A stretch of 64,000 nt of DNA from the human T2T-CHM13v2.0 reference genome, Homo sapiens, in the NCBI RefSeq assembly GCF_009914755.1, contig NC_060925.1, one strand, 5' to 3'. This document shows positions 39,273 through 52,735 of this stretch, piece after piece; the first letter of the stretch is position 1, and every line of letters starts with the position of its first letter. The notes under the pieces were generated by a model. It saw nothing but the letters and a program-made list of their open reading frames with translations. It was not told the DNA's origin and made no database searches. The translations under genes and the position numbers were made by a program.

Positions 39273-39789
39273 TACTTTAGTTTTGTAAGGCTTCTGTAAC
39301 AAATTATCACCAATTTAAGCCAAACTTAATGGCTTAAAACAACACAAACTTATTATCTGAGAGGTCTGGAGGTCACACATCCAAAATGGGTCTCACTGGG
39401 CTAAAATCCAGGTGTTGACAGGGCTGCATTGCTTTCTGGAGGCTCCAGGGAAGAATCTGTTTCCTCCTTTTCCAGCTTCTAGAAGCTGTACTCCTTCTTT
39501 GGCTCATGGCCTCCTCAAAGACATCAATGGCCAGGTCAAGTCTTTCTCACACTGCATCCTCCTGGCACTGACTCTTCTGCCTCTGTTTACCACACTTAAA
39601 GGCCCTTGAGATTCCACTGGGACCTTGTGGGTAATCCAGGACAATCACCCTACTCTAAAGCCAGCTGATTGGCAATCTTAATTCCATCTGCTACCTTCCC
39701 TCCCCTTTGCCCTGGAACCCACCATACTCATAGACTTCGAGAATTAGGATGCACACACCTTTGAGTGGGGCATTATTCTGCCTTTCACA
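39273..39789 (-). mobile_element. MLT1C-like MaLR solo LTR
   Basis: GGCTTAAAACAACAC..TCTGGAGGCTCCAGGGAAGAATC..GGGGCATTATTCTGCCTTTCACA. Confidence 0.85.
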
Positions 39790-40814
39790 CTGTGTGAGGC
39801 ACATCTCCTCCAAATGGGGTTTTGGAAGGAAGGTGGCCCAGGATGAGAGAGATGGGGTGGATGGTGTGGGCAGGAGAGGGAGGCAGGCAGACACACACTC
39901 ACCCTCCTGGCTGCCTGCTTAGCACACATCACCATTGAAAACTTTGTCATGTTTCCATGCTGAACCGGGCACAAGCTGTTTCCACAGTGACTGCAAGAGC
40001 AGAAGCAGAGCCAGAAATAACCCCACTGACATGGAAAGCCTCCCCTTCCCTTGGTACTTTGCTCTCTCCTTCTCCACGCTCCCCATCATAGTATGGGAGG
40101 TTCCAGTGGGTTCTAAGTTGGAGGCCCTTCCAGGGCACGCTGAGGCCTTGGGGAACACTCCTCCTGCAGCCTGGCTCCAGCAGGGGGAACATAGGGATCT
40201 GACTGTGGGGCTGGGCCTGGTCACCTCATTTCCACACCACTGTAGTGAGCTTGGAGTCTCCTCTCCTCAGCCTCACTGCCTCTGAGCCACAAGTCCCTAC
40301 AAAGTCCCAATCGCTCCTTCTTGGATCTCTTGCCACCAAACACTGGGATCCGCAGAACACTCTTGGTCTCTTGGGCCAGAAGCCCATGGGATGTTCTGAT
40401 CTGGCCCCCTCCTTGGGCCTCTGGGAGGCCCCTGCCTGGTGAGGCCCTGCCTGGTGGGCCTGGGACCCACTCTCACAAGCCCTGCCAGCCCCCAGCCCAG
40501 TCCTTGCTACTGGTGAGCCTTGCCAGCCTGCTCAGTCTCCCTGCACCAGGAGCCCTATCTGGGAAGCTGGGCTCAAACCCTACCTTCTCCAAAAGCCCCT
40601 CTTTCTACAGGTTTTTTCCTTAGAACAAGATCTCACCCACTGCAGGGGCTGAAACATTTGCTGAAATATATAGACCAACGAATGCCCGGGCCTCACCATC
40701 CATACCACTCCCTCATATGGCATTGTGTCTCTATGGCCCTGGGAAATGTCCTCCACGACTGTTTAATTTCTCATGTCTTTCATCCTAGTCCGACAAAGGA
40801 AAATGGAGTTAATG

Positions 40815-41010
40815 CACCTCCTACCTGCTGGGCACTGAGCAAAGTATTAAACGAGCATGCATCGGCACATTTCATCCCTCACCTCCACTCAACCATCATC
40901 ACCACCATCTTACAGAGACGCAACTGACTTGCCCAAGGTCACATAGCCAGAAGGTGGCAGGGCCCAGACTGGACCTCTGTGTGCCAGACTCCAAAGCCTG
41001 AGGCTGCAGC
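40815..41010 (-). mobile_element. MIR
   Basis: GACTTGCCCAAGGTCACATAGCCAG..GACTCCAAAGCC. Confidence 0.7.
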
Positions 41011-41824
41011 CACCATGTCCCACTAGGGGGGCCAGGGGAGGAGACACAGAGATGATCAATGGCAAATGCTAAACGAAATGTGTCCAATTTGCCTCCTAGA
41101 AAGCCCTGAGCAGCTCAAGGTGTCTCCAATTTTTGTCTCTTTGTATGTATTGGGATTTGGCCTAAGATTTTATTTGGGTTTTCAAAAAGTTGGGAGGATA
41201 TGGAGGGGGGTTACATGAATTTAAAAGTTCGGAGGACATGGACTGTAGGCCAACCCCATCCTTGTACCAATGGCAAGACCAAGGCATGGAAGTGGAAGTG
41301 ACTTGCCCAAAGTCATGGCCTCTGCCACTGAAGCCAGTGAACTCCACTTGTTTCTCCCACCCATTCCTTGATGGAGAGGACATCGTATGCTCCACTTAGC
41401 CCTTGGCACTGCTTGGCACAGAATTTAGAGTCCAATGTGGTATGGGTCCTGGATCCTGCTTTAACAGTGCTGCATAGTTGATGGCTTGGTAGCTCAAGTG
41501 CTCAGAGCCTCTGCGTCCTTGTCTGCACAGCAGAGCCTGTGTGGATTTATTCGAGAAGGCATAGACCTGCTTTGGATCATATAATATTAGGATCACGGGT
41601 AACAGAGCTGGGCCCTGAGCCACTTCTACGGGAAGATGGAAAGAGCTCTATATTTAGACTCAAAAGCCTCAAGTAGAGTCCCAGTTCTGATGCTCATCAC
41701 TTTGTGGCCGGAGCCTCCCACTTGACTTCATTGAGTCTTACTCTGGGAGACAAAAATGTCTCCCATAAGGGGTTGGTATGAATTGAAATGAGGTAACACA
41801 TGTGGAAACACTGGAGGCATAAGA

Positions 41825-41980
41825 ATCCTCTGGGTTGCAGAATCCCAGGCTCCACCTTCTCCCACTGTCTGATTCTACAGCTGCGGGGCAGGGCCCAGGA
41901 ATCTGTATTTCCCCAATCCCCTCATTCCCCACCATGATTCTGTTGCAGTTAGTCAACAGGCCACACTGCAAGAAATCCCT
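41825..41980. mobile_element. MER5-type hAT MITE
   Basis: GCAGAATCCCAGGCTCCACC..GGGCCCAGGAATCTGTATTT..TGATTCTG. Confidence 0.65.
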
Positions 41981-43493
41981 CTAAAAAGGGCTCAATATGT
42001 GTTTGTTAAATACACGAATCCTTGAACATCTGTTGAGCTGCATATGGCTGCTAGGAGACATGGGCCGAAGGAAATAAGTAATTTTCCCCAAATACATTTC
42101 CTATGAAATCTAAATGATGGGAATTGGGTTGGGGCTTCGAAGACTAGGAGATGATGCAATAATAGCTTCCTTCTCCAAAGAGCTCCTCCCCTTAGATGGG
42201 GAGAGACCTGGCTGGAGGGTCATGCCCAGTGGCTCAGGATCAAATGCGGGGAGGGGTGCTCTGGAGACGGAGTCCCCTGGGGATGAGTTCCAGACCCTGT
42301 TCTCTTCAGCATCTTCATGAAGACAGGAAAGAAATAACTGAAAATATGCTCATTAAATCTGCATCTGGCACCCAATTTGGCAGGGTTGCCAAAATTCTGT
42401 AAGACTAGAATTAAATTAGCAAATTGCAAGTAAAATGATTTTAAGCAGGCATGATGGAATTCATCAGGGCCAGGTGGAAGCTCATGGGGGAAGGGAGTCA
42501 GGAAAGCCCACATCCCCGGGGGTGGGAAAGCCTGGCCGGGAACGGAAACGGAAAAGAAACAAACCGGCAAGCAGAAATGACCCAAATCCTTAAGATTCAC
42601 CCTTGGAATGTGGTGGTGACAGAGGCAGCCCCACACTGCAAGGTGGCTAGAGGCTCCTTCTGGGAGCCAGGAGGTGTGGCTGGGCAGCACCCGGTTAAGG
42701 ATGGCAGCTCTTCAAAAGAGGGTCAAGAAGAAAGGACCCGAGGGACTGCTAGGGAATGGGAGGGGTGGGTCCTTTAGACTGGCGGCCCCACAAGGGCAGA
42801 CACGTGGGCGGTGACAGAGCAGTGGCATGTGTTGACACTGCTGAAGCACCATTGCGTGCTTACTGATCTCACAGTCAGGGAAAAACACTGGCATGGGCAT
42901 GGCGGGGGCAGGGGAGGTACAGACTCTGAGGAAGGAAGAAGAGGCTAGAAGCATTTCCTGGGCGCTTGCTAAGTGTCAGGCACTGTGTTAAATATTTGTC
43001 AAGTATTATAATCTCATCTAATCATCACAATAATCCTGTAATGTAAAGAGTCTTCTTTTCTCTTTATTTTCTTGGGTTTTCTTTTTTGTTTTCTGGGGTT
43101 TTTTTTTTTTAATGAAGAGATATTTAAAGTAAGAAGTAGACAAGTCCTGCTTCATCCTCTCAAAGCCTATTTCCCAGATGAAACCACCAAGCATAGTTCA
43201 CTGGGCTTGTTCCCAGGCTGTTTCTCTGAGCGCAGAAACATTTCTACATGTGCATACACAGACTTAACTGTTTAACTTTTCCTGTATAAAAATGAGATTG
43301 TCCTAAACATATTACACAGAAACCTTTTTCCAGTTAAGAATACATTCTGAATATCCTCCCACGTTAAGACCTGAAGGATCATTTCTTTCTTTTGAAATGG
43401 CCACAAAGTATTCTCTGGCACAAATGCACCATAAATTTTTTAAGCATTGTCTCTGCTGGACACTGAGGTCATTTCCAATTTCTCTCTATTTCA

Positions 43494-44218
<725 letters not shown>

Positions 44219-45726
44219 AATATGCATTTATAATTTTCATTGATACCAATTTAGATTCTCAAGACCCTTTGGCCCTTGCCAGTACTAGATCTTCTCTATT
44301 TTTTAAAAATTTTTTTACATTTTGCCACCTCTAGGCAGTAACAATCTCATTTTTAATTTACAATCTTTGGTTTTTTAGTGGCTAGAGCATTAGTCATATA
44401 TTTATGGGCCATTTTTATATCTGTGTACTATCTGTTTATCTTTTGCACATTTTTAAAAACTTGGCTATGTTTTTAGTTAGTTGATAGAACAATAATTTTC
44501 TAACTAATAGTTCTTTAAATAATAACTAATACATAGCTTTCTATGCACGTGGCACTCTTCTGGGTTCCTGACAAACTTCACAGCATTGACTCAAAGTCCC
44601 GAGAGGTGGTCACAGCAGTCCATGTTTATAGCCAAGGAAAGGGAGGCTCAGCGATGTCAAGTAACTTGTTTGAGGTAACACAGGTCAGATAAGAACACGC
44701 CAGAGTCTGAAGGACTAGCTAAGCCAACCACTTCATCACGAGTTAGTTCTTTCTGAAGCCTTCCCATATGTCCCTTGCCATCTAATCCACAGAGAAAGAA
44801 AATTCCCCCTTAAAATTTCCCTCTCTGTTATTTATCCTTTGCTTTATTTGCAAAGCCTTTAAAAGAGTATTATTCTCATATGCCAGGTAAGAAACTGAAG
44901 TCCAGTTTCCAACGAGAGGCAATCATAGCATGGAATTGGCCCCTAACCCTGATATGCCTGGGGACGTGCCTGGAGGAGTGAGGAGAAGGATTTGGCATGG
45001 GGCAGGATTTACACATGGGGCCGAGGATCAGGGAAAGTGGAGGCTGAGGCAGGGCCCAGGATGGCAAGAGTTTTAAAGAGCAGGCCAGGCAGTCTACAGG
45101 ACTCACCCTACGAGCAACGTGGAGGGGTGAAAAGCTGGGACGAGGAGTCAGGTGAAGATCGGCCTAGTGAGAAATCATCATCAAATCAGAGGGTGTCCCC
45201 ACCTCACCGGCCATTTCCACTGACCAGGCACACTGACCAATAAAGAAGCCTGCCCTGCGGGGTAACAAACACACCTGTGTATATGCAGGTGCTGGCAACT
45301 CTATGTGTGAAAGCTATACATGACAAAAGGGTTTTTGGTCTTTAGTGGCATTTTAAAATAAGGTTCTTTTTTAGCTCCTAAACACCAATGTCACATGTGG
45401 GTTTCTGGGTTACAAACCCACCATTGATTTGTCACATGAGCTTGGTTACCCTCGTCTCAATGAGCACACACAATACTTCTGCCTCCCATGAGCACCGCAC
45501 GTAGGGAAGGGAAAAGGATCATTTGCATGCCATTTTTCTTCTGAGGATAAAAGAAATTAAGCTAACAAAGTGGGAAAAAAATGTGAGAAACTGACATGCT
45601 GAAACTAACATGCAGAAATAAGTTTTGAGTCACTGTTTATTCACTTTAATTTTTTTAGCTTTGACCTCAGATAACCTTAGCATTTCCCCAAATGTTTTTC
45701 TGTGGAACTCTTCTCCAGCTATTCTG

Positions 45727-45800
45727 TATGTGTCTAAATGTGTGTGCGTGTGTGTGTGTGTGTATGTACATAACATATATATATAACATATATATATATT
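45727..45800. repeat. (TG)n(TA)n compound microsatellite
   Basis: Directly visible. Confidence 0.9.
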
Positions 45801-46485
45801 TGTTCTCTGATCAATTAATCTTAAAAAGCTGCACACAGTACCCACCTCTACACACACACTCACATTCACAACCCTCACACACACATACTATTTTGCAGAT
45901 ACCCAATGCACTTCTGCATATTAAAGACTGAGAACTCCTGCAGGATAAGGGTCTTTAAAGTTTCCCAAATGTACTTGGCCATTGGACTTTCATTTTCTCC
46001 CTGTAACACATCTTTACACCCCATGGCACTTGTGGTCTAAAAACACACCATGGGAAAAGCTGGACTTCTTTATTTCATAAGATCAGAGCTTGCTTAAAAT
46101 AAAGAGCCCAGATATCCTACCCTTTTAAAAAACAGATGGGTTCTAATCAACCCATGATGATGATGGTTTCCTGCCCACCTGGGCATCTGGTGCCTCTCCT
46201 AGATTTCAGGGCGACACCAAATGTTCGCATGCCAAGGCAAGAAACCGTTAGGAGGCCAGGTGTCCTGCACAGGCTAAGCTGTGTGGCTCAGCAGTTGAAG
46301 GGTGGGTCTGGATCAATCCCTTGCTCAGTGGCTTTCAGCCCAAGGGTCCCCAGAGACTCACCTAAGCCAACTCACTTGTTCTGTGAATGGAGAATGAGGC
46401 ACTAAGCCTCAAAATCCCCTGGCCCCTGTTCTCTTTCATCCACTCCATGAGACACCTCTCCCTGGGCCTAAATATTTTCTACTGC

Positions 46486-46513
46486 AAAAAAAAAAAAAAA
46501 AAAAAAAAAAAAA
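46486..46513 (+). repeat. A28 homopolymer inside a MIR-like remnant
   Basis: Flanks CTGGGCCT..CTGC[A28]CCAGATTACCTTTAAAGGCCTTTCCAGC resemble the MIR core. Confidence 0.85.
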
Positions 46514-46989
46514 CCAGATTACCTTTAAAGGCCTTTCCAGCCCTCTGACTCTTCTGACTCTGTTCTCCTTGCACCTACTCCTTCCCAGCTATCGTCACTG
46601 CAATTCATTATATAGATATATAGTCACTTGATATAGCTCTACAAGTAAAACTATGTTTCTGTCTGTTATAGCATCAAGTGAAATTGAGTTGGTGAACTTT
46701 CACCGAATACAAAGGGCATACTTGGCCTAGGTTAAAATGTAAGTTATACGGTATACATGAAATTCACGTGGGGGCAGTCCCTGGGGAAGGAATCTCCAAT
46801 AGAAAATTCCTCTGCCAGTGTTGTTACAGGCACTGGTTTATAATTTTGCTCCTTCTCACACAGGCAACTCGGGATAGTATGCTTAGGATGACCAGTAACA
46901 GAGATTTAATTACTTAATGACTCTTTATGGCTTTCCTAAGCAACCCTTAGGAGGACAGCTAGTGGAAGTGTATATGGATTCATTCATTT

Positions 46990-47250
46990 ATTTTTAAATA
47001 AAATGTTCATTTTTGGAATAGTTTTAGATTGACAGAAAAGTTGCAAAGATAGAACAGAGACCCCATATAGCTTCTACTCAGTTTCCTTCCATGTGAACAT
47101 CTTACATAACAAGGTATATTTGTCAGAACTAAGACATTAACATTGGTACATTACTAGTAACTATTTCACCAGTTTTTCCACTAATGTCCTTTTTCTGTTC
47201 CAGAATCCATTCCAGTATACAACATGGTATTAAGTTGTCATGCCTCCTTC
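46990..47250 (-). mobile_element. L1MC-type 3' end
   Basis: TTTTAGATTGACAGAAAAGTTGCAAAGATAG..ACATTAACATTGGTACA..TTTTCCACTAATGTCCTTTTTCTGTTCCAG. Confidence 0.8.
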
Positions 47251-47832
47251 ATCTGTGGATTTATTATTGTTTTCAAAAAATAGACACCATTCTCTACTGC
47301 ACGCAGGGAGGTATGCTGGGTACTACAGTGGATCCCAGCTGCCCTGCAGGGAGAAACACAGTGTCCAGTGGAGAGCAAGTCTGGGTTTGAGTGTCCATTC
47401 TGCCCCTCATTTCTGACACAGTCCTGGGCTTGTCACCCCACATCTATAGTTCTCAGGTTCCTCAACTGCGGTCTGGAGATAATACCTTCTAGCTTGTGAG
47501 AGAGCTGAATGAGACAGTCTACATGGAAAGACATTTTGAAGGCTTAAAGCCCTGTCCCATGCAGCTATTATTATTATTAAAGTTGCTGTAACGATTATCA
47601 TTAAGCATATTTGATACACTGTTTCCAAAGCAGGACAGCCCAGAGTCTGAGCTGTCTGACCGAGCCGACCCTTCCAGCTTCAAATGAGATGTTTCCATAG
47701 ACCTCCACGTGCCCCATAGAGAAAGGAAATTTTCCTTAGTCTGTTCAGTTCTACACTTCCTTTATGGCTCCATTCATGGGTCACCATATCAGTGATACCT
47801 TCTCTGACCATCCTACAGCAAAGAGCCTCTGA

Positions 47833-48189
<357 letters not shown>

Positions 48190-51100
48190 CTAACTTCCCA
48201 CCCTGCTTCATGCTTCTCCATGGCACTGACCCCATCTGACACATTCCCTATTGCCGTGTTCCTTTGTTCACGATTGGCCTCCCTCCACTAGTTTATGAGC
48301 TCCCTGAGAGCCCCAGTTGTGGTCTGTTTTGGTCAGTGCTGTACCCCAGTGCCTAGAGCAGCCCTGACATATAGTGAGGGCTCAACAGATGTCTGCTAAA
48401 TGAATGACTATATGCTTGGTTTTACTCTGTAATCTCTTGCTTCCACCCTGGTAACTTGAAAACAACTCTTTACACCCAAACACACTGTTGAATTCAAATC
48501 AGAGCAAAGCTATTTGGTAAGCAGGTGGCTCAGAGCCCTTTGGGTCTTCTTTAAGAAAAAAAATAGGGTAATGCCTTTCTTTTAATTTAATTCAATGTCA
48601 TGAACGTTTCTTTGCCTGCCTCCTCTCCCATGAGTGGCTCTGCCAATTAGAAACCACAGTCTCTTCCTTGTCCAGAGCCTGTCTGCTGGCCTCCTCACAT
48701 AATCAATTCCAACAGAGTCCAGGCTAGAAAAAGCTGGTAAAATCCCCACAGCCCCACACGCAGCCAGTTCACTTCCTTACTGTATTCACTCAGCACTTGC
48801 ACATCAAAGGCCCATGGACTTCTCAGAGCAGGAAGAAACCCAGGGGATCCCTCAGGCCAGCCTGCAGCTGAGGACATTGTGGTTCAGACAGGGGAGGGAA
48901 CTGGCAAATGACACACAGTAGTTAGTGGCAGTTCCAGGAACAGAACCCAGGACTCCCAGCTCCATACCCTGGCCCCGATTCCTTTGTGGGCTGGAACCAT
49001 CTCCCCATGCCCGCCTTTCACCAAGGAACACGTACGTGCTTATTACCTGGAGCTCTAATCTGATTGTCTGCCCACCCCTGACCATTCCTGGGTATTTGAA
49101 CTTGGGCACTGATGGGCTGAGATGACTCTCCAAAGCAGCAATGCACCAGGCAGCAGAGTTAAGAGCCAGACAGAAAGGAAACGGGGGTTGCATTTGTTCA
49201 GAGCCAGGTACTTTACATGCTCATCTCAACTAACACTCACAGTGCCCTGAAATGAAGGCATTATAACTACATTTTATAAATGAAGAAAATGAAACACAGA
49301 GAACTTAAAAATGCAGCAAATTACACAGTGAGAAAAGGGCAGGACCAGCATCAGAGTCAAGTTCCTCCTGGTAAGGAAGCCCTTGTTCTCCTGCCCGACC
49401 ACTCCATCAGAGGCCCAAAGGCCTAGACAGCACTCCAGAGCCTGTTGGGCTGGGTCCCTAAAAACAACAAAATATTCCTCTGGGGAAGTAACCAGAATGA
49501 TCCCATTCTAGAGATGAGGAAACTGAGATCTGGAGAGGAAATACAACTTGCACATGGCCACGTGGCTTGTGGGTGGTAGATTTGCTCAACTCTGAGCTTC
49601 TTGGGGATGCAGACTCTCTCCTAGTGCTTAGCCCAGAGCTGAGCCCCCAGAAGGACCAATCCACTGTTGAATAAATGAATAAATGACAGCGTAAGGTGAG
49701 AAGCACAACCTCCCGACACTCCCACAAGCCGGGTGTTTACACCCCAATTGACCCACACGGTGGCCTCAGGAGCAAGAGACCAGGCTGATGCAGGTGAGCA
49801 CAAGCCTAAACTCACACTGATATCCAAAGCTCACATCCTCGTCTCTGAGCCCATCGATGTCAGAGGCATGGGAAGTGATGCTGGCCCTGGTCCCCATTCA
49901 GCCCTCAGCTCTCCATGGAGCAATGGTTATGCAATGAAGAGGTTTAGGAAGATGGCGGAGCTGGTAATTCTTTCACCCAAAGACTGATGTTTATGGCATG
50001 GAATGTACCTTCCTCCCAAAGGCTGGTGTTTGGGGCAAATTGGTCTATTTTGTTGCCCCCTTTGGGAGCAGCTGATTCATTCACAAATACTGCAGTTTTT
50101 ATTATTCTCAGTAATTTTTCATCCTAACAACTGAAACTAGTTGTTGTTTATGGTTCACCTACTAAGTGCCAGGCACAGGTATCTAATGAGACATCTGTCA
50201 CCCTGTAGGTAAGTGTGAGCATTCCCACATCACAGATCAGGAAGCTGAGGTTTAGGAGAGGCAAAGCAAATAGGAAAGGCACAGGGCTAGAAAGCAGGAG
50301 ATATAAACTCCGGTCTGTGGGACGCCATCGCTCATGCTCCTACCATGTGGCCTTTGCAGGTCCGGGACAAGGGGGTCGGAGCCACAGCCAAGGACAGATG
50401 GAAATGGGAGGCAGATGGAAGGCCTGCCTGACTTCCTGGGCCTCCTGCTGGCTGGGCTTCTCATCCCAGGCAGAACATCTAGCACCAGGGCACTTCTCCA
50501 CATGCCCACATGCTGTCCCCAGACTCTCTGATCAGACAATCAGGGTGGAACTTGGAGCTCTTCTGTTCAAAGCCCTCAGGTGACAGCACCTGGCACCCCT
50601 GGTTAAGAACCACTGCTGTCAATTCTCAGACCATTTTCTCACAACTACACCCTCTTCTGGAAGGTTCGAAAATGTTTCTTAAGAAATCTGTTAATTGGTT
50701 TACAAAGAATATCACAACTCAAAACCGCTGAGACCTTCCAATTCTAAGATTCTCAACCAAGCAACAATTCATCCACAAATGCATGTGAAGGTTTGTCTTT
50801 GTTAATGGCAATTATTCCCAAACAGCGTGATGTTTATAAAAAGGACTTTGGAGCCCAAAGTCCTGGGTTTGAGTCCTAGCTCAAACCAGTTATTTGACCA
50901 CAGGCAACTCAACTCAACCTAATAGTTATTAAAAGCCCACTATGGACCCAGAGTCCTGGGCTGGGAAGACTAGGGACACAGAAGCAGACAAAAAAAAGTC
51001 ATGATCCCTCTTAGCTCCGAGTTCCTCATCTGTAAAACAGGAACCAGCAGTTACCAAGTGCCTGCTACACCCCCGGGCCTTGAAAGTGCATGTTCTCACT

Positions 51101-52478
51101 TCACCCCCCCCATGAGCCTCGGGAGGCAGGTTCTCCTGTGATCCTGCTCTGCAGCGGAGGAAGCAGGGGCTCAAGGGGGTGAAGTGGCCTGGGTGAGCCT
51201 GCGGCAGTGTGTGGCAGTGTCTGCACTCTTTCCATCCCATCCCCCGCTTGGCAGATTAGTCCACAGAGTGAACAGGATAATAAGGGAGAGTGCTCTGCAG
51301 CCGATCAGGAACCGCACAGATGTATGACATCATGGTTATTAATAATGGAAGCAGCACAACTAATTCACAATCCTTCCAGATGGACCACCTGAATTGTCTC
51401 CTAAAAACCTCCTGCAAACAGAGCATCGAATTCTATAACGGTAGAGCTAAGAGGGTCCTTAGAAGTCTGACCTTTTCCTCATTTACAGGGGTTGGGGATG
51501 GACAGATCTAGAGGGCAGCCCCGCCCCACAAAGCCCAGGATGCACTGTTGGGCTTTAGTGATTGAACCAGGAAGATAAGTAGGTCTCAGATCAAACACCA
51601 GCAGTTACCCCCTCCAAAGGGTGCTGGCAAGAATATCAGCAGCGAACTGCAAGTATGGCCTCTTCCTGGTCCCTAGCCCAGCTCCTTTCTGCTACAGGGC
51701 CTTTGTACCTGCTGTTCTTCTATGGCAAATATTCTTTCCCCAAAGCTTTGCAAGGCTGTCACTTCTTTATTACTCAGATCTCAAGATAAATGTCAGCTCC
51801 TCAGAGAACTCTCTGGGCCCCCACGTGTAGCTTCTCCCATTCCTCCCTGGCATTCTCCATCACACAGCTTTGTTTGAGTTTCTTCAGAGTGTATATGACG
51901 ACTTAGCTTTATCTGATCCATTAATATTCATTATTTCTCTTCCCACTGGAATGCAAACTCCCTGAAAGAAGGGATTAAACAGTTTTCACTGCTGTAGTCC
52001 CTAGAATGGTGCCCAGGGCCCAGCAGGCACTCAGCAAACATGTTCATCAAGTCCCCCTGGATGTTGGCCTGGGTCATGGCCATCCTAGCATCTGGCAGAC
52101 ACTCATTCAATAAATGCTATTGACCCTCTCCTCTATGCCAGGCTCTCTGCTAGATGCTGCGGTCCTTGCCCTCACAGTGCTTTGACATTGATTAAAGCAA
52201 ACAGCACAGGAGACGCCAGAGCTGTGGCTGTCCCATCACATGCAACCAAGCAATAGTCGGCCAATATCCACAAATATGGCAGAAAATGGAAGAAACTGGG
52301 AGACATGGAGGAAATGCGGCGTTGGGTTGGCCCTGCAAAGCACTCCCACATGCTCAGTACTCATCTTGGGGAGCTAGTGCCAGGCACCCCCTCACCAGCT
52401 CTGGGGACACGGGGACAAGGGGACATCCCCATTGCCACAACTACCTCATAGCTGCAGCCTAGAACACAATGGGATGAA

Positions 52479-52735
52479 TGTGTGTGTGTGAGAGTGTGCG
52501 TAGGAGCAGATGTGTGAGTATGAACAAGTATACAGGATCGCATAAGTGAGAGTGCATGGGAGTGGGTGTGTGTAGAGGAGCAGGGTTGTGTGTGCGAATG
52601 AGTGAACAGGATGGCATGTGTGAGTGAGTTGGAGTGGGCTGTGGGTGTGTGCACGTGTAGGAACAAACTTGTGTGTACAAGTGGGTGTTTGAGTGTGTAA
52701 GAGTGCACACACGTGTGTATGTGTGCATGTGTGAG
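52479..52735. repeat. Degenerate (TG)n low-complexity tract
   Basis: ~250 nt of interrupted TGTG/GAGT units. Confidence 0.85.

Noticed and set aside
40946-40962. CTCF-like motifs (CCAGAAGGTGGCAG here; weaker ones near 8071, 21497, 31175, 41020)
   Set aside because: Each deviates from the core consensus or lies in a MIR; cannot be called without PWM scoring or ChIP data
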